Shown here piece after piece: positions 41,414 through 50,404 of a stretch of 64,000 nucleotides of DNA (positions are counted from its first letter, which is position 1; each line of letters starts with the position of its first letter). The stretch lies in the IMG/VR virus record IMGVR_UViG_3300045988_098456. One strand, written 5' to 3'. This stretch comes from a virus. The translations under genes and the position numbers were made by a program. The notes under the pieces were generated by a model. It was not told the DNA's origin. It made no database searches and was given only the letters and a program-made list of their open reading frames with translations.

Positions 41414-41483
41414 GTTAACGTCAGCAAATTATTTGTCTGTATCATTATAGAGTGTTAAAAGATAAAAGAAACACATTAAATAT

Positions 41484-41515
41484 TTTGCATGTTTCAAATA
41501 TTATTTGTATCTTTG
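41484..41515 (+). promoter_or_regulatory. promoter TTTG-N20-TATCTTTG
   Basis: Exact consensus; flanks alignable with the 20.3-kb promoter. Confidence 0.75.
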
Positions 41516-41552
41516 CATCGTAATTAAGAAATAAAGGTTACTAATTAAAAAT

Positions 41553-41576
41553 GGTGAGACACACCACAAAAACTGT
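41553..41576 (+). promoter_or_regulatory. leader hairpin box, copy 3 (GGTGAGACACACCACAAAAACTGT)
   Basis: Ends 9 nt before the ATG at 41586. Confidence 0.75.
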
Positions 41577-41585
41577 AATAAGAAA

Positions 41586-41960
41586 ATGAAAAAGTTTTTT
41601 GAAAACTTATCTGAAAAGTTTAATAATGCGGCTTTAGATGCGCATCTTGATGATTTTACTTGCGAGTTTGATGCTATTAACAAACCTGCTGAAATCGTGG
41701 TGTCCGTTAAGAGTAGAAAGGTTATCCATTCATATGGAAATATTTCTTCTTATCCATATTACAATGTAGATAAGATTAATATATATGATGAAGACGGAGA
41801 AGACGTTTCTTCAAAATATCCTTTGTTCTGCCAAAGAGTTAAGGATTGCTTGCCTTCTTATAAAGATGTAGAGAATGACTTGACGGATGCAAATATGAGC
41901 GATACCGAGCTTTATTTCGGCTCAGAGGCTAATTATTTGCATTACAAGTATGGTAACTAA
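41586..41960 (+). CDS. hypothetical protein (124 aa)
   Basis: Track ORF. Confidence 0.6.
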   Translation: MKKFFENLSEKFNNAALDAHLDDFTCEFDAINKPAEIVVSVKSRKVIHSYGNISSYPYYNVDKINIYDEDGEDVSSKYPLFCQRVKDCLPSYKDVENDLTDANMSDTELYFGSEANYLHYKYGN

Positions 41961-41971
41961 ATGGTTTGGAT

Positions 41972-42097
41972 ATGGAGTACGAAAATAAGTTTGTAGGTCT
42001 TTCATCTGTAATGAGTAACGACCTTAAAATATTAAGGTATGAACTAGAGTATGGATGGAAATTGGCTCTTATGCCAAATGATGTATGGTACAACTAA
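41972..42097 (+). CDS. hypothetical protein (41 aa)
   Basis: Hand-translated. Confidence 0.35.
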   Translation: MEYENKFVGLSSVMSNDLKILRYELEYGWKLALMPNDVWYN

Positions 42098-42118
42098 TTA
42101 CGTTTAAAATTTCAAATT

Positions 42119-42358
42119 ATGGCATATTATAAAGTTAGTGTAGATGTATCGGATTTATTCGATGATATGCTCGTCCAAGCACAGAAGAGTTTTCTTATTG
42201 ACAAGTTTTGCTCTTTAGCAACAGACCAGCAGATTGAGGTAGTAAGCGAAATGCTGGAGAACCTTAATGGCGACCAAGTAGCTAAAGTTATAGAAGACGC
42301 TTTCGATAACTTGCATGAGCAAGGTCAAGAGCAAGTAATCAACTATGTGAACGAATAA
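42119..42358 (+). CDS. hypothetical acidic protein (79 aa)
   Basis: Track ORF. Confidence 0.55.
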   Translation: MAYYKVSVDVSDLFDDMLVQAQKSFLIDKFCSLATDQQIEVVSEMLENLNGDQVAKVIEDAFDNLHEQGQEQVINYVNE

Positions 42359-42362
42359 GGCT

Positions 42363-42563
42363 ATGATGTCCGATAAACAATATAGAGTTGCTCGCAAGGG
42401 TGTTGTCGAGCAACTTAAATTAGCTCAGAGACTTCATTGCAAGCACATGGAGCAGAAGTATAAAGAGGCTTTGGAGAAGTTAGAGAAACGCTTCTTGAAG
42501 CCGGATGCCGTGGGCTGCTTCGATTTGGGAGCAAGGGTATCAAATAGTTATTATCATCTTTGA
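42363..42563 (+). CDS. hypothetical protein (66 aa)
   Basis: Track ORF. Confidence 0.5.
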   Translation: MMSDKQYRVARKGVVEQLKLAQRLHCKHMEQKYKEALEKLEKRFLKPDAVGCFDLGARVSNSYYHL

Positions 42564-42854
42564 ATGGTAAAGGTTATGGAAACAAAAGTAGAAGTAAGAA
42601 CTATTCCTTTGCATGGATTGTTCGTCCATCGCAAGCAGGTTTGGCGTTCACTTGGTAAGCTGAGAGCAGAAAGCCATTCTACGACAGCGCAAAAGGTGTT
42701 TATGAATGATCATGATACCGAGGTATCAACTGAGAATGCTGATTTCATTGATGGCTTGAAAGTCACTCCTTATGATGGTGAGCTTCCAAAAATATCTAAA
42801 AACGTTGGTAGTATGAGTTACTACCAGTATTGTTTAACGCAAAAATTGGTTTAG
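42564..42854 (+). CDS. hypothetical protein (96 aa)
   Basis: Track ORF. Confidence 0.5.
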   Translation: MVKVMETKVEVRTIPLHGLFVHRKQVWRSLGKLRAESHSTTAQKVFMNDHDTEVSTENADFIDGLKVTPYDGELPKISKNVGSMSYYQYCLTQKLV

Positions 42855-42856
42855 TT

Positions 42857-43870
42857 ATGGAAACTGAGATTAATATAGTAGAAATCCTAAATGATAAACC
42901 ACAAGGAACTAAGTTATATTCTTCCGCTTGTGGTAAATGCAATTTAGAAGAAGTAGATGATAAAAGTTTCAAAATATCCTTTTATAATTCAAAGTTCGGT
43001 TTTATGAATGGTGGAGAAGGGTATCTTGATAAAAATGGCAAATTGTATGATGATGGAGAATGTGTCGTTTTTCCATCAAAGGAAATGCGTAATTGGTCTA
43101 AATTCGCTTGGAAGAAAGGCGATGTACTGGTTAGCAATGATGGTAAATGCAAGGTTATCTTCGAGAGATTTGATGATGATACTTATACTTCATTTGTTGG
43201 TAAGTACTATGTTGAATGCTATGGCAAAAATGATGAGCTACAAGATTATGAGGAAGAACATTATGGTGATACCGTTAATTACACAAAAGAATCCGAAGAA
43301 GCAGCTCAGACCTACATCAACACTATCGAGGAACGTTTGGGCGGAAAGTTGAACCATGAAACTCTGGAGATAGAGAATGCTCAGCCTGAGTTCAAGGATG
43401 GGGATATAGCTTTTGCCGATTATGGTAATAGACAAGATGTATTTATAGTATCAGATAAAACGGATTTATCAGAAGGTTATAGCTCATTTATTTCTTTAGA
43501 TTTAAATATTCTAACTTTGAGTATGGGCTGTAGAACTACTTTCTTTAAGAAAGACATTTGTAAACTTCGCCTTGCCACAGAAGCAGAGAAACAACAACTA
43601 TTCTCAGCTCTCGAAAAGGAAGGCAAGTCTTGGGATGCTGAGAAGAAAGCTATTATGGACTTGAAGCCTAAGTGCGAGTTTAAGCCATTTGATAAGGTGC
43701 TTTCAAGAAGATGTTCTAAAGATTATTGGGTATTAAACTTCTATTCACATAAGACAGATTATTATCATGTATGTATTGATGGAAGTTCAAACTTGGATTG
43801 CATCCCTTACAACGAAGAGACAGCACATCTACTAGGAACGACTGATAATTGGGAAGGAGGTAAGCAATGA
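42857..43870 (+). CDS. hypothetical protein, paralog of 4991..5995
   Basis: Shared blocks (see 4991..5995); first ATG is at 42857. Confidence 0.75.
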   Translation: METEINIVEILNDKPQGTKLYSSACGKCNLEEVDDKSFKISFYNSKFGFMNGGEGYLDKNGKLYDDGECVVFPSKEMRNWSKFAWKKGDVLVSNDGKCKVIFERFDDDTYTSFVGKYYVECYGKNDELQDYEEEHYGDTVNYTKESEEAAQTYINTIEERLGGKLNHETLEIENAQPEFKDGDIAFADYGNRQDVFIVSDKTDLSEGYSSFISLDLNILTLSMGCRTTFFKKDICKLRLATEAEKQQLFSALEKEGKSWDAEKKAIMDLKPKCEFKPFDKVLSRRCSKDYWVLNFYSHKTDYYHVCIDGSSNLDCIPYNEETAHLLGTTDNWEGGKQ

Positions 43871-44085
43871 TTAGAGACGATGCAAAGATAATTGTAACAC
43901 CAACTGGTGTATCACTTAAAGAAGCCTTGACTAGTGAAGAAATCAATGCAATCAATGAAGCTCATATCTATAGGGATTATGATAGTATTCCACATCTGCA
44001 ACTCGCTTGCAACCCTCCTAGTGGCAAGGAAAGACGTAGAACTAGAAGGATGTTAGAACTTAGAAAAAGAAATGGTAGATTATGA
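43867..44085 (+). CDS. hypothetical protein (72 aa)
   Basis: Track ORF. Confidence 0.5.
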   Translation: MIRDDAKIIVTPTGVSLKEALTSEEINAINEAHIYRDYDSIPHLQLACNPPSGKERRRTRRMLELRKRNGRL

Positions 44086-44474
44086 TAGACGATAAGAAAA
44101 TAGAATCTGCAAAGGAAGAAATCTATGAAGATAGATTCTTGCTTAATGGTGAAGAGATAGTCTTCAACAATGATGAAAAGGAAGAAATGTTCTACAAAGA
44201 GGACATCAAAGAAGCCATTGGACTAGGTGCTAAGTGGGCTATCAATGAGCTATTGAAGGACTTGTGGCATCCTGTTAGCGAAGAGCCGAGAAAAGATGTT
44301 TCCATTATAGTAGAAACACATAATGACAAGAATATGTTTTACTATGCTTGGAACAGATGGCAAGATAACTTTTATCCATCGTGGACTGACGCAGTTCTTT
44401 GTAGTAGGGTTTCTCGTTGGCTTTATATTGATGATTTACTGCCAAAAAAGGAGGTGAGCAATGAAAGAGCTTAA
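44082..44474 (+). CDS. hypothetical protein, MIDDKKIE family
   Basis: Paralog of 6159..6476. Confidence 0.6.
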   Translation: MIDDKKIESAKEEIYEDRFLLNGEEIVFNNDEKEEMFYKEDIKEAIGLGAKWAINELLKDLWHPVSEEPRKDVSIIVETHNDKNMFYYAWNRWQDNFYPSWTDAVLCSRVSRWLYIDDLLPKKEVSNERA

Positions 44475-44784
44475 AGATTTGGTTGTTGGTGATGATGTAC
44501 TAGTTACAGGTATGTATTACAGACGTATCGCCAAGGTTGATAAAGTGACAAAGACTCAAATTATTGCTAATAACGCTAGATTTAGAAAAGATTCGGGCTG
44601 GCAATGTGGTAGCGATAGCTGGGATAGGAAAAGTATATCTGTTCCTACAGAAAAGGAAATATTAGATATAAAAGAAGAGAATCTTCGCAAGATTCTCATC
44701 CACACTATCAGTTCTTTTGATTTTGAACGTTTATCAACAAATGATTTAAAACAAGTGTACAATATTGTAAAAGGCAAAGAATGA
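44461..44784 (+). CDS. hypothetical protein (107 aa)
   Basis: Track ORF. Confidence 0.55.
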   Translation: MKELKDLVVGDDVLVTGMYYRRIAKVDKVTKTQIIANNARFRKDSGWQCGSDSWDRKSISVPTEKEILDIKEENLRKILIHTISSFDFERLSTNDLKQVYNIVKGKE

Positions 44785-44966
44785 ACGAGATTAAAGTAGG
44801 CGAAAGAGTAACTATTATTCTTGAAGCTGTTGAACATGACACTTGTGAAGGATGCTTCTTTAAAGGAGTGGCTGGCTATTGTGGCGCAGCTCCACTTGGA
44901 TTGAAGTGTCTTCCTAAATATCGTTCAGACAAAAAGAATGTAATCTTTAAAGAAGTTAAGGAGTAA
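44781..44966 (+). CDS. hypothetical Cys-rich protein (61 aa)
   Basis: Track ORF. Confidence 0.5.
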   Translation: MNEIKVGERVTIILEAVEHDTCEGCFFKGVAGYCGAAPLGLKCLPKYRSDKKNVIFKEVKE

Positions 44967-44970
44967 AAAT

Positions 44971-45201
44971 ATGAATGGATTGTTATCAATGATTGATATG
45001 CAAACTGAATTGGACTATCTGATAGGCGATTTACCTGCATGCTTTGGAGATACACAATTATCTATTCCGAAAGGAAACGTTCCATCTGATAAGCAGAAGT
45101 GTCAGCAAAAGGAACAGCATGAGTTTACCATCAAAGGAATTAAGATTATGGCTTCTTCTAAGAAAGATGCTATCAAAAAGTATAATCATCATAAAAAGTA
45201 A
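44971..45201 (+). CDS. hypothetical protein (76 aa)
   Basis: Track ORF. Confidence 0.5.
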   Translation: MNGLLSMIDMQTELDYLIGDLPACFGDTQLSIPKGNVPSDKQKCQQKEQHEFTIKGIKIMASSKKDAIKKYNHHKK

Positions 45202-45206
45202 GGCGT

Positions 45207-45374
45207 ATGGCAAAGAGAATTATTGTAAAGTTGCATCCAGAACGATACATAGTTCAAGACAATATGCTATTCGGTTGTATTCCATTCATCTATGTGACAC
45301 GAAAGACATTCAATACTATAGATGAAGCAAGAGAGTATGTTGGAGAACCTTGTGATGAGTATTTGTTTGTTTAA
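45207..45374 (+). CDS. hypothetical protein (55 aa)
   Basis: Hand-translated; begins at a TAAGGCGTATG junction and stops inside cassette h; preferred over track ORF 45044..45325. Confidence 0.45.
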   Translation: MAKRIIVKLHPERYIVQDNMLFGCIPFIYVTRKTFNTIDEAREYVGEPCDEYLFV

Positions 45375-45403
45375 CGCCTTCGGGCATAAAAGATATTAGT
45401 ATG
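45369..45403 (+). repeat. start-associated cassette, copy h
   Basis: 33 nt identical to copy c (456-488). Confidence 0.8.
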
Positions 45404-45769
45404 AAGATATTCAATAATTTAAAATCATCATTGAAAGATATAAATGGCGCAACCTACATCAATGGTGTTAAGATAGATGGAGCGCAGTCGATAATCATTG
45501 AAAACGGCAAGGTCTATGTGAACGGTAATTTGCAAGGAGACCTCAGTACACCTTCTATAGAGATAAAGGTAGAAGGTAATGTTGGCAGTATCAATACTAC
45601 TAGTGGCGATGTAACCATCAATGGTGATGCAAACTCTATCAATACAGTAAGTGGTGACGTAGATTGCCACGAAGTCAAAGGTAGTGTGCATACAATGAGC
45701 GGTGATGTTAATTGTGGTGATATTGCTGGTAGCGTAAGTACTATTAGTGGTGATGTGTATCAGAAGTAA
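45401..45769 (+). CDS. beta-helix-like repeat protein (SGDV repeats, bactofilin-like)
   Basis: TSGDVTINGD, VSGDVDCHE, MSGDVNCGD, ISGDVYQ periodicity. Confidence 0.45.
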   Translation: MKIFNNLKSSLKDINGATYINGVKIDGAQSIIIENGKVYVNGNLQGDLSTPSIEIKVEGNVGSINTTSGDVTINGDANSINTVSGDVDCHEVKGSVHTMSGDVNCGDIAGSVSTISGDVYQK

Positions 45770-45824
45770 ATAACCATCCTATCCTGTAAAATGGAGAGGG
45801 TAAAAAGAAGAGAATATGAGATTA
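45770..45824 (+). repeat. second-type start cassette, copy 2
   Basis: 45793-45824 identical to 1309-1340; upstream hairpin arm related. Confidence 0.75.
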
Positions 45825-46049
45825 TTAACAAAGAAAAAGAAAAATGAGGCATTAAAAAGAATGCTGGCAAATGCTATTATTGCTAGGGATGCTGTAATGA
45901 AGTTTAATGATATAGACAAGAAATCAGATGCTTGTTATCATATATCAAATAACTTGGCAGAAGCTGCTTATGCAATTGGTGGAAAAGATGCTATGATTGC
46001 GATTGGAAAAGCATATGTTGATTATATCAATAAGAAAGATAAGCAATGA
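45816..46049 (+). CDS. hypothetical protein (77 aa)
   Basis: Track ORF. Confidence 0.55.
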   Translation: MRLLTKKKKNEALKRMLANAIIARDAVMKFNDIDKKSDACYHISNNLAEAAYAIGGKDAMIAIGKAYVDYINKKDKQ

Positions 46050-46207
46050 GTACAGAAAAAGCTATTAAGCACATTAAGACTATAAAGTCTTATATTACTT
46101 GCATTCATGAAGATTTATCAGAAGGTAAAAAAATAAAGCCTTTCGGTTTAGCATACAAGTTTGCAATACAAGAATGTGATAAGGCACTTAAAGAGTTGGA
46201 GGACTAA
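46046..46207 (+). CDS. hypothetical protein (53 aa)
   Basis: Hand-translated; ATGA overlap. Confidence 0.4.
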   Translation: MSTEKAIKHIKTIKSYITCIHEDLSEGKKIKPFGLAYKFAIQECDKALKELED

Positions 46208-46210
46208 ATT

Positions 46211-46366
46211 ATGGCAAAATTTAAGGTAGTTAGATATTGTGACACATATCCCGATGGAGTTATTGCAACTTGCGATACAGAGGAAGAGGCAGAGAAGATA
46301 TGCAAGGAATATCGTAGAAAACGCAAGCCTATGTATGACTATTTAGTCAGAAATGAGGGTGAATAA
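46211..46366 (+). CDS. hypothetical protein (51 aa)
   Basis: Hand-translated. Confidence 0.4.
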   Translation: MAKFKVVRYCDTYPDGVIATCDTEEEAEKICKEYRRKRKPMYDYLVRNEGE

Positions 46367-46533
46367 TGACTAGAGAAGAGTTAAGATACAATTACGAAAA
46401 AGAAATCTGTGAGTTATGCTGCCGAGAGTATTATACTAGCAGAGCACTCCCAGAATCACTTTGCGAAGGTCAGTTTTGTGAAGAGGCAGAAGATGATTTC
46501 GCAGATAAACATAATATAAAATTGGAGGATTGA
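46366..46533 (+). CDS. hypothetical Cys-rich protein (55 aa)
   Basis: Hand-translated; TAATG overlap. Confidence 0.4.
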   Translation: MTREELRYNYEKEICELCCREYYTSRALPESLCEGQFCEEAEDDFADKHNIKLED

Positions 46534-46535
46534 AT

Positions 46536-46880
46536 ATGACAATAGAAAAAGTAGAAAGGAATATAGAAAAATGGCGAGAAATCGCCAGACCTTTTATGGA
46601 TAAAAAAGACAAACTAAATGTAAGACGCGATGAGTTACTTCGAGAAATGGAACAACTTCAAGAAGACTATATTAAAGCCTTGCCTGTTAAAATCGGAGAT
46701 AAGATTATGGATGAAGATGGGCGTGTAGGTTGGATTTCCAGAATAGTTCCCTATCATTCACCATCGGAAAGGTTTATGATGGCAACATTGAGTTTGACTA
46801 TCTTCTTCCATATGGAGAAAAAAGATGGTACTCGTGATAATCGTGAGGTTTATGTTCATGGTTTCCCAATCAAATTATAA
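46536..46880 (+). CDS. hypothetical protein (114 aa)
   Basis: Track ORF 46530.. starts at TTG; ATG is at 46536. Confidence 0.6.
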   Translation: MTIEKVERNIEKWREIARPFMDKKDKLNVRRDELLREMEQLQEDYIKALPVKIGDKIMDEDGRVGWISRIVPYHSPSERFMMATLSLTIFFHMEKKDGTRDNREVYVHGFPIKL

Positions 46881-46885
46881 CTAAT

Positions 46886-47287
46886 ATGACAAAAGAAGAA
46901 GCTAAAGAATTTTATCCTATTCTGCAAGCATTTGCAGAAGGAAGGGTAATTGAGTGTAGGACAAAGACGAGTACCGTAAAAGGTACATATGTTCCGAATG
47001 ATTGGACGGAAATGAAAGAGATTGAGTTTTGGAATAATATAGAGTATCGTGTTAAGTCAGAGCCAAAGTATCGTCCATTTAAGAACGCAGAAGAGTGCTG
47101 GGCTGAGATGAAAAAGCATCAACCGTTTGGGTGGGTGAAGTCAACTTTGTTCAAAGATTTGGATTTAGTTAATAGAGTAACCACATTGTATGTTGAAATC
47201 AACAGAGACATCATTGATTACAAAGATGCATTGGAGAAGTTCACCTTTGCAGATGGCACTACATTTGGTATTAAAGTGGAGGAATAG
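46886..47287 (+). CDS. hypothetical protein (133 aa)
   Basis: Track ORF. Confidence 0.6.
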   Translation: MTKEEAKEFYPILQAFAEGRVIECRTKTSTVKGTYVPNDWTEMKEIEFWNNIEYRVKSEPKYRPFKNAEECWAEMKKHQPFGWVKSTLFKDLDLVNRVTTLYVEINRDIIDYKDALEKFTFADGTTFGIKVEE

Positions 47288-47289
47288 TT

Positions 47290-47730
47290 ATGAAAGAAAG
47301 TATGCACGAAAAAATTATAGGAGCAGGAGTAGCTAACTTATTTATTGAGCGAATGAAGTTAGAAGGATGGTTGCCCATTAAAGAGTATTTTAAGATGGAA
47401 AAACTTGGAATTGAGCTTGATTGGGTATTGGTTCTTACTATGGAGAATGATGGATTTATTGCAACACCAATGGTAGCAGAATATTGTGTTCCACATAAAG
47501 ATAGTGGGCTAAAATCTGGTTGGTATAAAGATGATATTGATAATCCAAATATGAGAATTGACGATTGGACTAATGTCATCATGTTCAAACTTTTAGATAA
47601 GCCTAATATTGACGGAATAAGGGATTCTATTCTTGACAAATATAAAGATGCCGAAGGTATTATAGATACTCATGCTTATAATTTGTCTTTCAATGAGACG
47701 GTTGTTAGACAATGTAATGGGATTAAATGA
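47290..47730 (+). CDS. hypothetical protein (146 aa)
   Basis: Track ORF. Confidence 0.6.
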   Translation: MKESMHEKIIGAGVANLFIERMKLEGWLPIKEYFKMEKLGIELDWVLVLTMENDGFIATPMVAEYCVPHKDSGLKSGWYKDDIDNPNMRIDDWTNVIMFKLLDKPNIDGIRDSILDKYKDAEGIIDTHAYNLSFNETVVRQCNGIK

Positions 47731-47739
47731 TTATAGCTT

Positions 47740-48105
47740 ATGAAAATAGAAAATATCAAGTTCAAGGCAAAGAAGACCTTGGATGGAAAATGGATAAAAG
47801 GTGATTTGGTTCACCACAAAGATTCAGATAACGTATGGATAACAGACTATGAAAATCAACTGACATCACCAGTTGACCCATCAACAGTCTGTATGTTCAC
47901 AGGACTGACAGATTACAAAGGCAATGAAATTTGGGAAGGCGATATAGCAGAGTGTGAGATATATGACCTATATAAGGGATTTATCAAGGTAAAGGCAATA
48001 ATCGAATATATGTATGGTGCATTTGTTGCTATTATTGATGGAATGCCTTATTCTTTATACTTTAAGTATATTAAGGTTATTGGTAATAAATTCGATAAGA
48101 AGTAG
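47740..48105 (+). CDS. YopX-family protein
   Basis: FKAKK..WIKGDL...VDPSTVCMFTGLTDYKGNEIWEGDI...VIGNKFD; paralog of 2398..2763. Confidence 0.75.
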   Translation: MKIENIKFKAKKTLDGKWIKGDLVHHKDSDNVWITDYENQLTSPVDPSTVCMFTGLTDYKGNEIWEGDIAECEIYDLYKGFIKVKAIIEYMYGAFVAIIDGMPYSLYFKYIKVIGNKFDKK

Positions 48106-48106
48106 C

Positions 48107-48463
48107 ATGGAAAAACAAATAACAATTAGCATAGAAGAGTATAACAAGCTCATTGATATGCACACGAAAAGAGAGGAACTTCCCGAAAAGATAGAAGTAA
48201 AGAAGTTCACATTAAGGTGGTGGAAATGGCTCAAAAGAGCATCGTATTCACTCTTTCACTACAACAAGAATGCGGAGCAACAGAAACTAATTAAGCGTTG
48301 TATTAATGAAACTGCAAGTACCATACGAGAGAATCTCATAAATGGTTATTGGAGAGGTGATTTATCCGAATACTTTAAAGATGGTAATTTTGATGTAACA
48401 TTAAAAAGTTACAAAGATAGTTCCTATTATAATGTTATGCAATGGCTGGATAAAAAGAGATAG
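48107..48463 (+). CDS. hypothetical protein (118 aa)
   Basis: In frame with track ORF 48014..; ATG directly after the YopX stop. Confidence 0.55.
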   Translation: MEKQITISIEEYNKLIDMHTKREELPEKIEVKKFTLRWWKWLKRASYSLFHYNKNAEQQKLIKRCINETASTIRENLINGYWRGDLSEYFKDGNFDVTLKSYKDSSYYNVMQWLDKKR

Positions 48464-48466
48464 CGT

Positions 48467-48727
48467 ATGAGACTTAAAAAGAAAGAGAAGTTAACGGCAT
48501 ATTGGGATAAGAAAGAGAACTGCATTGGTGCTTATCATCCTCTAGGGTTTATGACACAAACAGATGCTCATTATCTCTTCGATAATGTCTTCACCAAAGA
48601 GTTTGTCAAAGAAATGACTGATAGAGGGTATGATGTAAGAACGATGAAGTTTGAAATCTCTCCCAAGCTGCCAAACCATGAGAGATTCAACGACTTATCA
48701 AAAAAGTATTACGGAAAAGAGAAATAG
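48467..48727 (+). CDS. hypothetical protein (86 aa)
   Basis: Track ORF; TAGCGTATG junction. Confidence 0.55.
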   Translation: MRLKKKEKLTAYWDKKENCIGAYHPLGFMTQTDAHYLFDNVFTKEFVKEMTDRGYDVRTMKFEISPKLPNHERFNDLSKKYYGKEK

Positions 48728-48730
48728 CGT

Positions 48731-48898
48731 ATGAAGAAACAAATAGTCTTAGATGAACAAGATATTAAAGAATTCCACGAGGATGCGGAGCATCTACGTT
48801 GGATATACAACAGAATGATGTATGAGCATGGCGAAAATGCAAACTTTGATTATATGCATCGTTTTGCCAAGATATTCAATAAATTAAAGCAATTATAG
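48731..48898 (+). CDS. hypothetical protein (55 aa)
   Basis: Hand-translated; TAGCGTATG junctions at both ends. Confidence 0.4.
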   Translation: MKKQIVLDEQDIKEFHEDAEHLRWIYNRMMYEHGENANFDYMHRFAKIFNKLKQL

Positions 48899-48901
48899 CG
48901 T

Positions 48902-49087
48902 ATGAAGATTAGATTAGCAAAGAAGATAATGAGGCGCAATACGCCTTATTGGATATTTCGTTATCTATGCTATAATCGCATATTGTTACCTGGAGCGGGA
49001 TATAAAGTCGATTTCAAAGACCACCGCATCACCAAGACGATAAGTTTAATAAGTAAAAAGAAGAAAAATGAGAATAAAAGATGCTGA
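48902..49087 (+). CDS. hypothetical protein, MKIRxAKKI family (61 aa)
   Basis: MKIRLAKKIMRR N-terminus. Confidence 0.5.
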   Translation: MKIRLAKKIMRRNTPYWIFRYLCYNRILLPGAGYKVDFKDHRITKTISLISKKKKNENKRC

Positions 49088-49155
49088 CACTTTTGCGGAT
49101 TTAAGTAAAGAAGATAAGGATGCTTTAGATACTTGGGCACATTATTGTAAACAAC

Positions 49156-49389
49156 ATGAAGGTTATGAAAGAAATGAAGAAGGAAACATTTGACTTCTCG
49201 GAGGCTCTGAGAAGAATGAAGGAGGGGAAGAAAGTGAGACGTAAGATTTTTGCGGACGGCACATACGCATACATTGATAAGAACTATATTGGTTCAGAGG
49301 CATTAATGTATAATAGCGTAGGAAGAGCTGCACCAGTTTTATGGTTACTTCCAGAGACTATTTTCGCAACAGACTGGGAGGAGGTGTAA
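49156..49389 (+). CDS. DUF2829-like protein (Tad2-like anti-Thoeris candidate)
   Basis: FDFSEALRRMKEGKKVRRK near the N-terminus and ...TIFATDWEEV at the C-terminus match the DUF2829 pattern from memory. Confidence 0.55.
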   Translation: MKVMKEMKKETFDFSEALRRMKEGKKVRRKIFADGTYAYIDKNYIGSEALMYNSVGRAAPVLWLLPETIFATDWEEV

Positions 49390-49391
49390 GG

Positions 49392-49784
49392 ATGGAAAAG
49401 AAAGTATTGACCCTCACCGTCAACAAGCAATGGTTCGACATGATTGCTGCTGGTAAAAAGACAGAAGAGTATCGGGAGATAAAGGGATATTGGGTAAAAC
49501 GCCTTTTCTTATTATGGAATGAAGATACTTGTACAAACGAGAAGATACCCCCTCATTGCGTTAAAAACCGGGATAGTATTAGCCCCGAAATGGCTAACTA
49601 TTGCATCAATAGTCCATATTACATGGCTATTCCTTATACTCACGTCCTATTCATCAACGGATACCGCAATGATAGTCCACGAATTGAAAAGGAAATAGAG
49701 AGTATCACCATCGGTAAACCAAAGAAAGGTCTTTGCCCAGACAAGTGGCTTGATACCGAGTTTTTTATTATTAAATTTAAGTGA
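49392..49784 (+). CDS. ASCH-like domain protein
   Basis: LTVNKQWFDMIAAGKKTEEYREIKGYW; first ATG is at 49392. Confidence 0.55.
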   Translation: MEKKVLTLTVNKQWFDMIAAGKKTEEYREIKGYWVKRLFLLWNEDTCTNEKIPPHCVKNRDSISPEMANYCINSPYYMAIPYTHVLFINGYRNDSPRIEKEIESITIGKPKKGLCPDKWLDTEFFIIKFK

Positions 49785-49785
49785 T

Positions 49786-50157
49786 ATGAAAGTAAAGAAT
49801 TTACCAAAGAAGATTTACCTCAATATCTGTAGCAATGAAGATGAGGTTGATTACAATGAGCTTAACGGAGTAACGTTCAGTACAGAAAAGATTGGTGTTA
49901 CCGATTGCGATACAGAAAACGTTCCTTACGTGAATGCGGCATCATTATGGCACGACCTAAAGGAAGAGAAGCCACCATTAAAAAAGTGGGTAATGTTCCG
50001 ATATAGTGGTAGAGGCGTAAATCCTATGTCTCTTCACCAAGGAGCGATGAGTGATGATGGATGGATAGTCACTAGAGGAGACGGAACGCATCGTATTGAA
50101 GCTCTGTACGAGTGCTACGATAAGATAGAGTGGCTTGACTTTGATGAACTAAAATAG
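49786..50157 (+). CDS. hypothetical protein (123 aa)
   Basis: First ATG in track ORF 49750.. Confidence 0.55.
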   Translation: MKVKNLPKKIYLNICSNEDEVDYNELNGVTFSTEKIGVTDCDTENVPYVNAASLWHDLKEEKPPLKKWVMFRYSGRGVNPMSLHQGAMSDDGWIVTRGDGTHRIEALYECYDKIEWLDFDELK

Positions 50158-50166
50158 AGATAGCGT

Positions 50167-50400
50167 ATGACAAACGAGGAATTTTGTAAGGCTCATATAG
50201 GTGAGCGAGTTCTTTATAAAGGCAAGGATATTGGCGCATATGTGGCAGGGTATGTTGAAGATAAGTATATCATCTTAGGTTTTAATGATTATACTGGCTG
50301 CATTCTATACTTTACATCTAAAGTGTATAAAACGCTTGGCGAAACATATAACTCTTACCGATTCGCAAAGTTGAAGTATTTGGAAGTAGTAAAGAGTTAA
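50167..50400 (+). CDS. hypothetical protein (77 aa)
   Basis: Track ORF; TAGCGTATG junction. Confidence 0.55.
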   Translation: MTNEEFCKAHIGERVLYKGKDIGAYVAGYVEDKYIILGFNDYTGCILYFTSKVYKTLGETYNSYRFAKLKYLEVVKS

Positions 50401-50404
50401 GTGT

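Noticed and set aside
45044-45325. Track ORF of 93 aa overlapping two frames
   Set aside because: It overlaps 44971..45201. The alternative ORF 45207..45374 starts at a stereotyped TAAGGCGTATG junction and ends inside a start-associated cassette, which fits the local grammar better.
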